Position numbers and translations under genes: made by a program. From a virus (Duplodnaviria > Caudoviricetes), in the IMG/VR virus record IMGVR_UViG_3300035212_000241, positions 1 to 63,594 of that record: DNA of 63,594 nucleotides; one strand, given 5' to 3'. The notes under the pieces are model-generated. The model ran no database searches and was not told where the DNA came from. It worked only from the letters and a program-made list of their open reading frames with translations. Of this stretch, positions 39,947 through 48,694 are shown piece after piece. The first letter of the stretch is position 1; the number at the start of each line of letters is the position of its first letter.

Positions 39947-40674
39947 AGAATTTCATTGATAAAGTGATTGACAATATTGTCCTCAGGACTAGCTCCAAAA
40001 TACTTGCGGTACACCTTGATCGCCTGAGCGACCTTGTACTCACCACCCTTGATAAACTCGTCAGAAGGTCTAAAGATGCCCAGCTGCGCAGTGACCTTGT
40101 CAATAACAAAAAAGACAAGTGGCTTACCGAACAGCTCTTGGTAGATGTAGCATTGGCTGTCATAGTTGTAGCTTCGTGCAGACCATTTGAACTTGTTGAT
40201 GTCGCTCGTGGTCTTCAGGTCAATCAAACTATCATCGGTTACAATGTCAGCCTTTCCTTTCCACATCTCCCCTTGAATCTTACCGACAGCAGCCTGCTCG
40301 AACACATTGCCATCTCTGTAGATCTCATCGTAGAACGTGATGTTACGCTTCATCGTATCGACAAGCTTCTGCACCTCAACCATCTCCTTCCAGAGCAAGA
40401 CGTACTCAAGGTTGTTATCCTCGCAGAAGTTTTTATAGATGTTGGTTGTCCTTGTTGATGCATCAACAAAGGGTGTCGCTGCTGCCTTCTCAGGCTCAAG
40501 TATCAGCTGATGGAAGTATCTGCCCTCAGCAAATGACTTGTTGTCCCCTCTCGATTTCCCATAGTCCTGAGGGTTACTCAGGAGCGTTCCAATGTCAGAG
40601 TTCGACAGATAGTTCTTACCTACACCAGAGTAGTACTCACGGTCATTCTTCAGTAGCTCTAAGATATTATCCAT
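39943..40674 (-). CDS. RecE/exonuclease VIII-like PD-(D/E)xK exonuclease (DUF3799-like)
   Basis: LSNSDI, GRYFHQLILEP, KGKAD, IDLKTT, YDSQ. Confidence 0.85.
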   Translation of the reverse strand: MDNILELLKNDREYYSGVGKNYLSNSDIGTLLSNPQDYGKSRGDNKSFAEGRYFHQLILEPEKAAATPFVDASTRTTNIYKNFCEDNNLEYVLLWKEMVEVQKLVDTMKRNITFYDEIYRDGNVFEQAAVGKIQGEMWKGKADIVTDDSLIDLKTTSDINKFKWSARSYNYDSQCYIYQELFGKPLVFFVIDKVTAQLGIFRPSDEFIKGGEYKVAQAIKVYRKYFGASPEDNIVNHFINEIL

Positions 40675-41308
40675 TGGTCACGATTTTTGATAGCTCCTTT
40701 TTAGCAGCTGCGTTAATGGAATATTTTCTACCTAGCTGTTGCAAGATGGCGTCAATGCCAAGGTTTTTATTGTCAGCGACATACTTTGTCACCTTCTCCC
40801 AATTGTCATCGCCCTTTACAAGCTCATTCGAGCTAGGCTTCTGCACTATTGGCTGCTGCACCTCACCCTCTGGCAAATCCTCACCAGCAAAGATGTAGAT
40901 GCCGAGACCAAACATAGCAATGTTCTTCACAAGGCATCGCATGATCGTCTTGTTGATGTCGAACATAGTAGCAGCCTCAACGGTCTTGTCACCGTATCTT
41001 GTTGCATAGGTATACTCAGTTAGCTTCATCGCTTTGTTAGCTCCATCCATCACCGGTAACCACATCATCCTTGTCTGACCCTCGATTGTCACCTTGGTGA
41101 ATACCATATACCCAGTAGAGGGGTCATAGACATAGGGATAGCCATCGAAGAACATCACCTCGTACGATGCGTCAGGGTAGTGCTTCTGCACCTCAGACCA
41201 TGCATAGGTCCAAGACAGATAGGTTAAGTCTTTTTTCTTCTCAACCTTGTCATTGAGGTTGATCGCTGATAGCGTAGCGAATACGCTGTTGTTTTTTGGT
41301 TGTGCCAT
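40667..41308 (-). CDS. Sak-like single-strand annealing protein (DUF1071)
   Basis: EKKKDLTYLSW, WLPVMD, INKTIMRCLVK, GLGIYIFAGEDLP. Confidence 0.88.
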   Translation of the reverse strand: MAQPKNNSVFATLSAINLNDKVEKKKDLTYLSWTYAWSEVQKHYPDASYEVMFFDGYPYVYDPSTGYMVFTKVTIEGQTRMMWLPVMDGANKAMKLTEYTYATRYGDKTVEAATMFDINKTIMRCLVKNIAMFGLGIYIFAGEDLPEGEVQQPIVQKPSSNELVKGDDNWEKVTKYVADNKNLGIDAILQQLGRKYSINAAAKKELSKIVTNG

Positions 41309-41325
41309 GATTAGATTAGATTTGA

Positions 41326-41628
41326 TTAAATAAAAATTGAATTAGCAATACGCTCAGTAATTGTTTTGTAGTCCTGGTCAGTGTCTACCTTCTTAGTAGT
41401 ACGTCTGATCCCTTGGATGATTGGCGGTGACTTTGGGTCATAGCCCTGCTCAGTCATAAATCGCTGTATCTGACAGATTTTGATCTGTCTCTGATAGCAT
41501 AAGTAGTACAGCATCTGCCTTCCCTCAATTGCGTCAGGCTTCTTACAACCCGACAATAAATCTTCCCTGGCTACACCGTACAATTTTAGTACAGCCTCAA
41601 GATATTGGATGAAAATTTCTTTCTTCAT
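41326..41628 (-). CDS. DnaA C-terminal HTH-like protein
   Basis: YGVAREDLLS...RQMLYYLC...IIQGI pattern. Confidence 0.6.
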   Translation of the reverse strand: MKKEIFIQYLEAVLKLYGVAREDLLSGCKKPDAIEGRQMLYYLCYQRQIKICQIQRFMTEQGYDPKSPPIIQGIRRTTKKVDTDQDYKTITERIANSIFI

Positions 41629-41654
41629 TTTAATTTGATTTTAATTTGATACTA

Positions 41655-41662
41655 CAAAGATA
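41655..41662 (-). promoter_or_regulatory. Bacteroidota -7 box (TATCTTTG) for the recombination/replication block
   Basis: caaagata on + strand upstream of 41628. Confidence 0.55.
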
Positions 41663-41673
41663 GTAAAATATAA

Positions 41674-41880
41674 TTACTCTGTATCTCTATCTGTAATTAT
41701 TTTTACACAAAAATATCCAGACAAGGCAGTAACCAATATAATGATGGCTGATGTAAGGATGAACTGAATGCCAGACATAAAGTCTCCAACCTTACCCAAT
41801 GCATGGATTAAAAAGGATATTGTAAAGTAGCAGACAATTGCATAGGTAGCTAGTGTAGCCAGATTAATTAGTAGTTTCAT
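41674..41880 (-). CDS. Small two-TM membrane protein
   Basis: MKLLINLATLATYAIVC... 68 aa, two hydrophobic segments. Confidence 0.6.
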   Translation of the reverse strand: MKLLINLATLATYAIVCYFTISFLIHALGKVGDFMSGIQFILTSAIIILVTALSGYFCVKIITDRDTE

Positions 41881-42145
41881 TTTGTTCAATGTTTGATGCG
41901 TTAATAAAATCAGATAGGTATAGCTTATGCCCTCTATCCATATACTTTCTAAACAGATACTCAACAGCGCTCTCCTTCTCATCTTGCGTACAATCCGACA
42001 TAGGTCGGTAGAACTCAAGACCATTGTATCTTAGCTTCAGAGCTTCCCCGATCACGTCTAAGACCAAGCACTCAACACCCTTGTAGTAGTCACCCTCAAA
42101 GACTATATTTGTTCGGACTATGTCCCCGATTTTAATCCCTCTCAT
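41864..42145 (-). CDS. Hypothetical SH3-like protein
   Basis: IKIGDIVR N-terminus; 93 aa. Confidence 0.55.
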   Translation of the reverse strand: MRGIKIGDIVRTNIVFEGDYYKGVECLVLDVIGEALKLRYNGLEFYRPMSDCTQDEKESAVEYLFRKYMDRGHKLYLSDFINASNIEQNETTN

Positions 42146-42326
42146 GTCTGATACGATTTAATGTGTAATAGAATGTTTGTTTCCCTGGGCAGTGCAGCAA
42201 TGCCCTCTGATGTTTGCTCTGCATTCGGTAGTATGCGATGAAGAGACATTCAAGTCCCTCCACCCATACACCATTCACCGTGGTGTCAATGTACACCTTT
42301 TGCATGAACTCAAAATTTTTGCTCAT
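42132..42326 (-). CDS. Hypothetical protein
   Basis: 64 aa coupled ORF; GLECL resembles GVECL of the neighbouring gene. Confidence 0.5.
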   Translation of the reverse strand: MSKNFEFMQKVYIDTTVNGVWVEGLECLFIAYYRMQSKHQRALLHCPGKQTFYYTLNRIRHERD

Positions 42327-42792
42327 AGTAGTATTGTTTTTGATGTTCGGTTAATTCCACCGGAGTCAGATCGTCAATGAATATCAAATCCTCTGTCCGG
42401 TAGCTGATTGCTTCTTTATCTTCAATCTCGCAGATGTCAGCAGGTATGAAGGGTGACTGATTGAATAAGTCCACCACTCTAAAGGTTGCTTTTCCACTAT
42501 CTCTTAGTAGGTCATAGACTTTTACGCCAAGCATTGAGTAGTCCTCTGCATCTCTGATATACCATTCAAGGAACTCTGATGCTCTCACTTTGTTGAGTGC
42601 TAACTTTTCCTCGTGTACAATGTTTGTTGCTGTACTGAAGACATCTTCAGTTTCTTTTCTGACTCTGACAAAGTTGTGTGTTTTGCTCACCTCAATTGCA
42701 AATGAATTGCAGTAGTGAAAGCTGTCTTCCCTGGTGGTCAGATTGATGCTGTACTCAGCACCATCGTATGTGAAACTTACGTTCTTATTCAT
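42310..42792 (-). CDS. Hypothetical early protein
   Basis: 160 aa ORF in operon. Confidence 0.6.
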   Translation of the reverse strand: MNKNVSFTYDGAEYSINLTTREDSFHYCNSFAIEVSKTHNFVRVRKETEDVFSTATNIVHEEKLALNKVRASEFLEWYIRDAEDYSMLGVKVYDLLRDSGKATFRVVDLFNQSPFIPADICEIEDKEAISYRTEDLIFIDDLTPVELTEHQKQYYYEQKF

Positions 42793-43063
42793 AGAATTTT
42801 TCGATTATTTTGTTTTCTAATACGTCCCAATCATAGCCCAGAAGGGCCTCAGTTGCCTTCTCGTCAAGGTATACACCATTGAATAGCATATTGACCACCT
42901 CAAGCCATTCGTCTTCGTCAGGCTCAAGCTGACCGCCAGATCTATCTCTGTCTCCCTTTCGGAAACCGTGATGGTAGGCATAAGCCGTGATCAATACGTC
43001 ATTGCCTTGTGTATCCTCCTCCCAAAATTCAATTTTGTGCTGATAATTAGATTGCTGTCTCAT
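42785..43063 (-). CDS. Hypothetical acidic early protein
   Basis: 92 aa; RDRSGGQLEPD motif. Confidence 0.6.
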   Translation of the reverse strand: MRQQSNYQHKIEFWEEDTQGNDVLITAYAYHHGFRKGDRDRSGGQLEPDEDEWLEVVNMLFNGVYLDEKATEALLGYDWDVLENKIIEKFYE

Positions 43064-43211
43064 AGATTTTCAGTTTTGTTTGATGCTCTGTTGAGAGCTG
43101 TTTGATTAAATTTAATTGTTGATCTTTTTTAATCCTCCCACATTGGATGGTGGTATACACCACCACCCCAGTAGGATTCTTGAATTCATATTTATACCAC
43201 TTTGCTCTCAT
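43047..43211 (-). CDS. Small hypothetical protein (not in ORF track)
   Basis: MRAKWYKYEFKNPTG...YETAI, 54 aa, fills the gap between neighbours. Confidence 0.5.
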   Translation of the reverse strand: MRAKWYKYEFKNPTGVVVYTTIQCGRIKKDQQLNLIKQLSTEHQTKLKIYETAI

Positions 43212-43629
43212 CTTGATTTGTGATTAAGTATTTACCATCGTCATACACCACAAAGTTATAAGCAATATCTTTTAATTCGTCACCGTCTCCATTGTTTTTT
43301 ATCCAGTCACGGACATAGTCCCCGAACTCTTGTCTTAAATTGCTGTGAGGATTTGGGAACTCTCCGGTATAGATGCCAACAAATAACTCAACTGCATTAT
43401 TTCTTAGCTCCTCAATGTAGTACTCAAAGGCCTCTTTGACCTCGTCGGCATAGCGTTTAAGGCTTGTACACCATTTACTATCTCTTGCCTTGTATAGGTC
43501 AATGGCCAACAGATTAAGATTGATCTCAACGGTATCTTCGTCCTCGTCTCTGACGATGCCATTGACAATTGGATAAAGTTCTGGATTGCTTTTGAATGCT
43601 GCCTTTGCAGCGTCTTGAATTTCAAACAT
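43192..43629 (-). CDS. Hypothetical acidic early protein
   Basis: 145 aa. Confidence 0.6.
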   Translation of the reverse strand: MFEIQDAAKAAFKSNPELYPIVNGIVRDEDEDTVEINLNLLAIDLYKARDSKWCTSLKRYADEVKEAFEYYIEELRNNAVELFVGIYTGEFPNPHSNLRQEFGDYVRDWIKNNGDGDELKDIAYNFVVYDDGKYLITNQDESKVV

Positions 43630-43650
43630 GATGTTAAGTTTTTAAAGTTA

Positions 43651-44136
43651 TTAAAAGTTTTTTTCTTTCCAATTCGGATATTCAGTCTCAATTAGTTCCA
43701 TCTCACTATCCCAATATTCACCCTCGTAGACATACATATCTCTCTCAATATCGTACCCTATCAAGTCAAGGAACTCTTCCTCAATCTGATTAACTGAATA
43801 GCAGCCATTCTCATCAGACATTGCAGTGCCATAGATCTGGCAGCCTGGCTCACTATACTCATGATCTGCGCTGACTTTAAACTCTTTGCATAGCTGCGCT
43901 ACATCGTCAATATTCGGAGACCATCTTGTCTCATATTGAAAATATATTTCATTCTCTAGCCTTTCGTAGTAGATGCTGAAGAAATACCCCTCGACCACCT
44001 CGCCAAGACCGTGTATTATTTGAGACTCTCTTGTCTCATCCTCAAGTTTTTTTGCTGCGTTCAATGCAGATGTCAACTTGTCTAAGTTCTCTTTGTCACC
44101 ACTGAATATGACCGTGTTGTTGCACCAATTTGGCAT
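43651..44136 (-). CDS. YubB/DUF1281 ferredoxin-like domain protein
   Basis: MPNWCNN...YETRWSP...YSEPGCQIYG signature. Confidence 0.75.
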   Translation of the reverse strand: MPNWCNNTVIFSGDKENLDKLTSALNAAKKLEDETRESQIIHGLGEVVEGYFFSIYYERLENEIYFQYETRWSPNIDDVAQLCKEFKVSADHEYSEPGCQIYGTAMSDENGCYSVNQIEEEFLDLIGYDIERDMYVYEGEYWDSEMELIETEYPNWKEKNF

Positions 44137-44148
44137 AGTTGTATTAGT

Positions 44149-44322
44149 TTAATTGTTAGTAAAATGTAAGTCTTCATTGTACCGGAATTCACCAGTTTTG
44201 ATTGCCTGTTCGATCTCTTCTCTGTAGGCATATTCAAAAACCTTTCCATCTGGAGTGAAGAATGCATAGAGATCGTCGCCTTGTGGCTTGACTAAGCCAA
44301 TTAGAATTAGTAAGTAGAACAT
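44149..44322 (-). CDS. Small hypothetical protein (not in ORF track)
   Basis: MFYLLILIGLVKPQGDD...HFTNN, 57 aa. Confidence 0.5.
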   Translation of the reverse strand: MFYLLILIGLVKPQGDDLYAFFTPDGKVFEYAYREEIEQAIKTGEFRYNEDLHFTNN

Positions 44323-44348
44323 AGTTATAAATTTATTTAAATTGTTAT

Positions 44349-44645
44349 TTAATCTATTATTCCATTGCCATAGTATAAATTAAATGATTTCTTTTTATAG
44401 TCATCTGACTTTAACCATGTATTGTATTTTACTTCCAATTGCTTTTCTTGGAACTTGTAATAACTTCCATTGCAATATCTTAGGCTGTTGTTTAGTGTAT
44501 AGAATTGCTCAAACAAACCTATCTCGGTTAAGGATGTTATTTCTTTAGTTGACTTAACAACTGAATCTTTATTAAGGTAACGAAACCCTGATTCGGTTAC
44601 AACTGATTCATTTTTAGGACTCCAATAATTTAATGTTGCTTTCAT
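44349..44645 (-). CDS. Hypothetical early protein
   Basis: 98 aa, AT-rich. Confidence 0.6.
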   Translation of the reverse strand: MKATLNYWSPKNESVVTESGFRYLNKDSVVKSTKEITSLTEIGLFEQFYTLNNSLRYCNGSYYKFQEKQLEVKYNTWLKSDDYKKKSFNLYYGNGIID

Positions 44646-44672
44646 TGTATTAAGTTTTAATTTTTAATATTT

Positions 44673-44700
44673 GCAGTTGGATCGGATGCTGCTCCCCGAT
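44673..44700 (-). ncRNA. Compact H-type pseudoknot motif
   Basis: ATCGGG-GAGCAGCA-TCCGAT-CCAA-CTGC; loop GCAG pairs with CTGC; GC island in an AT-rich spacer. Confidence 0.45.
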
Positions 44701-44704
44701 TGGA

Positions 44705-45232
44705 TTATAGTACTCTTTTTCTTAGTGTATCTTTGAACTCATCAGTCGAGACCAACTCTTCTATTGTGCTGTACTCTTCTTTACCGTAGTTTAATTTGTA
44801 GTAAAAATTAGTGTATTCAGTTCTGTACTTATAGCTGTATTCGTCCCAATTACTTTTCTCTTTTAGATATACATTGATTGTTACGCAGCTGTCGTGAAAG
44901 TCTGATATATACATCTGTCCGCTGTTCAAGAATCTAATTTTACAGATTTGTAATTGGCTGCCGTAGAAATTTGGCTGAACTGTTATGCTTTCTTGTGGCA
45001 AGTCCTCTTGGAATAGTGCGACAATTCTCTTTATCTCATGCTCTTGGGCATCTGTCCACATTTTTTTGCTTATCTTTTCCTCCTCATCAAGCTGTCTTAT
45101 TCGCTCTGATTTGTCTTGCAGGGGCTTGATGTCCACAAGGTTGAATTTTTTATTCGGCTGTGTTGAACCGTTTAGTTTTTCGAATTGCTCAGTTAAAAAC
45201 TGAATTGTCTGTTGCTGATTTTGTGTTAACAT
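44705..45232 (-). CDS. Hypothetical early protein
   Basis: 175 aa. Confidence 0.6.
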   Translation of the reverse strand: MLTQNQQQTIQFLTEQFEKLNGSTQPNKKFNLVDIKPLQDKSERIRQLDEEEKISKKMWTDAQEHEIKRIVALFQEDLPQESITVQPNFYGSQLQICKIRFLNSGQMYISDFHDSCVTINVYLKEKSNWDEYSYKYRTEYTNFYYKLNYGKEEYSTIEELVSTDEFKDTLRKRVL

Positions 45233-45244
45233 GGTGTTGTAAAT

Positions 45245-45370
45245 TTAAAAAGGTAGATCAATATTGTTTAACTCTGTTGTTTGTTCGGTCTCTGACTCTG
45301 ATATGTCGGTCTCATCGTCCCAATAGGGTAAGTAGTCTATTCCGAGGTCTAAATTTGTGTAGTTGTCCAT
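45245..45370 (-). CDS. 41-aa acidic peptide ending IDLPF (not in ORF track)
   Basis: MDNYTNLDLGIDYLPYWDDETDISESETEQTTELNNIDLPF; A-rich start context; fills the intergenic gap. Confidence 0.6.
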   Translation of the reverse strand: MDNYTNLDLGIDYLPYWDDETDISESETEQTTELNNIDLPF

Positions 45371-45378
45371 TGTAATTT

Positions 45379-45600
45379 TTATTTAATGATGTATTTTAAG
45401 AATGCTTTTGCTGCTATTACATAGTAGTCGGCATATAGGTCAGAGTTTTTAAGGCTGTATTTTAGCTGTCTTATATAGCTCTGTCTTATGCTGTCGTTGC
45501 TTTGTTCGTATTGAGTTAATGTCCTATTGAATAGGTCAATTGCCTGGGCTGTCAATACTGGACAATCTGTATTCTTTTTGATCCAATTTTCTGGTCTCAT
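45379..45600 (-). CDS. Hypothetical early protein
   Basis: 73 aa. Confidence 0.55.
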   Translation of the reverse strand: MRPENWIKKNTDCPVLTAQAIDLFNRTLTQYEQSNDSIRQSYIRQLKYSLKNSDLYADYYVIAAKAFLKYIIK

Positions 45601-45604
45601 GTGA

Positions 45605-45817
45605 TTAGTAGTTAAAGGTTGGATAATTTTTGTCTAAGTATTTTTGTAGTTGTCGCTCACTTTTGAAGCGTTTAATATCTAGTCTATCACACCATTCATT
45701 ATAGTAGCTATGAATTTTTAAGATAGCTATGTAACCACCTTTGAAAACTTTACCCTCAGTAGGTAGTAATAATTCATCGTCAGATAAGGCATTTTGTTTT
45801 AGCGTGTACGTTTGCAT
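45605..45817 (-). CDS. Hypothetical early protein
   Basis: 70 aa. Confidence 0.55.
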   Translation of the reverse strand: MQTYTLKQNALSDDELLLPTEGKVFKGGYIAILKIHSYYNEWCDRLDIKRFKSERQLQKYLDKNYPTFNY

Positions 45818-46002
45818 AGTTTTAAGATTGATATTCGTTAATTAAATTTGTTGCTGTCTCTAAAATATATTCGTGTTCGTCGGGCGTTACGTCGTCCCAA
45901 TTGCCGTTACCGTTGTCAAGACTTTTGCAGATTGCCACAAGGTCATTGAGAGATAATGTTTTCAGCTCTGCTGCTGTGATTTTCTTAATGTTAATCATTG
46001 GA

Positions 46003-46170
46003 TTAGTTTTTTGATGCGAGTAAATAATATATTTGTGTCTCAGTTAGCTCTTTAAATGCATCGGGTTTACCCCAATGTACTTGCTTTCCGTACTTGTTTA
46101 TAAAGTGCTGTTTGACCTTTATTTTCTGGTCAATTGTTAGCATATGCCATGCATTTTTTTGATTTCTCAT
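46003..46170 (-). CDS. Small hypothetical protein downstream of the ribozyme (not in ORF track)
   Basis: MRNQKNAWHML...LASKN, 55 aa; start context CTAATCCAATG, shared with the next small ORF starting at 45998. Confidence 0.5.
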   Translation of the reverse strand: MRNQKNAWHMLTIDQKIKVKQHFINKYGKQVHWGKPDAFKELTETQIYYLLASKN

Positions 46171-46190
46171 TGGATTAGTTTATATTGTTT

Positions 46191-46252
46191 TGGCGTCTCA
46201 TCAGTTATAATTTGCCAGATTATAAGACGTGAGTTTAACTCACGTTTCGACG
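46191..46252 (-). ncRNA. Type II hammerhead ribozyme
   Basis: CGTC-GAAA-CGTGAG-TTAAA-CTCACG-TC/TTATAAT-CTGGCAA-ATTATAA-CTGATGA-GACG-CCA: complete core, GUC cleavage triplet, loop I TGG pairs with the 3' CCA. Confidence 0.92.
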
Positions 46253-46258
46253 TTTTTT

Positions 46259-46963
46259 TTAGTGGTTAAAGATGTATACTGATTTTTTGCCTTTGCCCTC
46301 AGTACCCGAACAGAGACCGCACTTTGAGCAAGTTGAAATATAGTTAGCTTCTTTCGATGCGGGACAATTTACCGCCCCTTTAATTGCTTCATCAGTCGCA
46401 ATAAACGAGCGAAATCCTAAAAATTTTGCTTCTTTTTCCTCAGCATCGGTGTGCGTTGATGCCATAAAAAAGGGGCTTAAATCAATTTTCTTTTTATATT
46501 GGTGGGTATAGCCCGTCCAGTTGTCAGCAATTTTTACAATGTCGTTTATCAGTTCATATGGATGCAATGACGGTTCACCATACGTTCCAAATCTGACATA
46601 TGTATTTTTACATATGTTTAAAATTTGGTGGTGTGCGATCTCATCGAAAAACGGTATATCGTCAAAAGTTTCGTATTTTCTTAGCGTACTCCTTAACATG
46701 GATCGAAAGCCCATATATTGACCGAATTTGTGCGTATAACATTTGCCAAATTCATTGTATGGACAATCTAAACAATTTGAGTCTGCAATATTGAAAAAAT
46801 CTTGCATCCCTTGTTTTTTTTCCCTTATAAACTCAAGTTGTTTTCTAGAAAAAGTATAAGATTGTACTATTTTACGTTTTTTGTCGCTTTCGATTTTGTC
46901 ATTGGTAGTAGTTCCATATCTAAAAATATGGATTGCGTCTAAAGTTTTGAATATTACTTTCAT
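46259..46963 (-). CDS. Cys-rich radical-SAM-like / GP88-related phage protein
   Basis: CLDCP...CY, VRFGTYGEP, WTGYTHQ, CPAS...CSKCGLC; first gene of the leftward arm. Confidence 0.6.
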   Translation of the reverse strand: MKVIFKTLDAIHIFRYGTTTNDKIESDKKRKIVQSYTFSRKQLEFIREKKQGMQDFFNIADSNCLDCPYNEFGKCYTHKFGQYMGFRSMLRSTLRKYETFDDIPFFDEIAHHQILNICKNTYVRFGTYGEPSLHPYELINDIVKIADNWTGYTHQYKKKIDLSPFFMASTHTDAEEKEAKFLGFRSFIATDEAIKGAVNCPASKEANYISTCSKCGLCSGTEGKGKKSVYIFNH

Positions 46964-48263
46964 TGGTGTGTGTGTTTTAAAGTTAAAAATTGTTTTCGTG
47001 TGTGTGTGTTACATCTTTCAGATTACTATTAAAAAATAGGTAACCAAAAAAGAAAATAACTAAAATAATAATAATTGTTTCCATGTGATAAAATGTTAAA
47101 AAAGTGAATTAAAATAAATTTGAGACCGCCCACTTATTGAAAAGTGAAAAGATGTAACCGATTATTTTACAATTACTTTGCATCCGTGCAAAACTTTAAA
47201 ACCTTTGCAGTCTATGAATATACCTTTCAATATCAGTTTTTCCACGTTCCCCACTGATACGGTAATTAACTTACTATTTTAATTACCCAACAAAATACGG
47301 TCGGCCGTATTTGTCGCGCTCGTTTTTCCCATTATAGTCAGATACGCCGCGCTAATGTATATTACCCAACAAAATCAAAGAACTTTTAAACTTTATATAT
47401 ATATGCTTTTGTTGGCTGTAGTTTTACGCGACTACTCACAGATATATATAACTAACTTGTTTCTGTATACTAATTGCTAGTGATTTGCTATTCATTTGCT
47501 ATTAGGATGTCTCAAAGGTCGGAATAGTTTTGATATTAAAAAACTTTTCAGCAATTATTTTTCAAAATTTATTAAAATATTTTTTCCAAACGTTTTGAAA
47601 CTAATCCAATTTTATAGCTCAAATGTAATGTGCATCGGGTTTTGAGGTGAATTTAGGCAAGTGGGGCAAAATTAGATCTTTTTTGAAAAAAAGACTGAAG
47701 TTATATCTTATTGTAAAAAGTACAATAAGTATTTTGGGCCAAAAAATAGGATCAATTTTGAATCAATTTTGAGTTAAAAAAATCAAATATTACACGCCAG
47801 GAAAGCGATAGTAATACTATTACGGGATGAAAGTATTACTATTAAATAAACTATATTTACCGGAATAGTTACTAATTGTAAAAAGTACAATAAGGTTAGT
47901 TTATATTATAAGCAAAGGTAGTTCGTGTCAATATGACACTAAGTAACTATTATAAACAATATAGTTTTATTTCATATACGACAGCAGCGGATGGACGTGG
48001 GACGCATACGAAGAACGTGTGACGTGGGACGTATACGACAAACGAGAGCACTGCTACAGGACAGCAGCAGCAGGACGTAAACGACGTTAACGACGTCTAC
48101 AAAAACGCCAAAAAATCGGGCAACGGCAGCCCAAACGACACCCCCACCCCCTCGAAAAAAAAGCGTTTCCGGATCGGGCTATAGCTCGCAGGCTCGCTAT
48201 AGTACCCAAATACTACACTCATTTCACAATTTTTCTTACCTTTGTGGTTCACCTTTTAAAAAT
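46964..48263. other. 1.3-kb non-coding divergence region (probable physical genome end/packaging region and early promoter)
   Basis: Strand switch; hairpin series 47231-47313; direct repeats 47710/47875 and 47994/48021; C-run ACCCCCACCCCC near 48140. Confidence 0.55.
48237..48244 (+). promoter_or_regulatory. Bacteroidota -7 box (TACCTTTG)
   Basis: 20 nt before the first rightward gene. Confidence 0.6.
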
Positions 48264-48533
48264 ATGATTATGATTGGAAGAAAATTAGGAATTGGCAACA
48301 GTATCTACCAGGGCGGATACGCAGGTGGAGAAGGCTTGACTGTGAAGAATGGTCGTTTGATTAACAACAGGGCTGATGGCTGCACTGGCATTGCGCAGTT
48401 AGCGAAGCTCCGGAAGGAGGCGAAGCGCGAGGAGAAGATTAGTATGATTGCTGAGGGGTATTCTCGTGGTGAGATGATGTCTGAGGCTAGGGAGATGATG
48501 ATGGATGCTATGGCTAAACCATTTAAGTTATGA
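48264..48533 (+). CDS. Hypothetical protein
   Basis: 89 aa; GLTVKNGRLINNR motif. Confidence 0.6.
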   Translation: MIMIGRKLGIGNSIYQGGYAGGEGLTVKNGRLINNRADGCTGIAQLAKLRKEAKREEKISMIAEGYSRGEMMSEAREMMMDAMAKPFKL

Positions 48534-48694
48534 GCAGGGCTGTGGTACTTGGTGTCATACGCCACTCATTGACATTTGCCGGAGGCATTTTGGTTGCTAA
48601 GGGGATACTTGAGCAGGGACTGCTTACTGAGATAGTAGGTGGACTAATGACTGCAATTGGTGGAATATGGTCTGTGATTTCTAAGACCAAATAG
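48530..48694 (+). CDS. Small two-TM membrane protein, holin-like (not in ORF track)
   Basis: MSRAVVLGVIRHSLTFAGGILVAKG...GGIWSVISKTK, 54 aa, ATGA overlap. Confidence 0.65.
   Translation: MSRAVVLGVIRHSLTFAGGILVAKGILEQGLLTEIVGGLMTAIGGIWSVISKTK

Noticed and set aside
29608-46963. DNA polymerase, integrase or repressor module
   Set aside because: No PolA/PolB or recombinase motifs were found; the phage probably uses the host polymerase and is lytic.
47282-48038. Mini CRISPR array
   Set aside because: Repeats are 15-20 bp, occur only in pairs with irregular spacing, and there are no cas genes.
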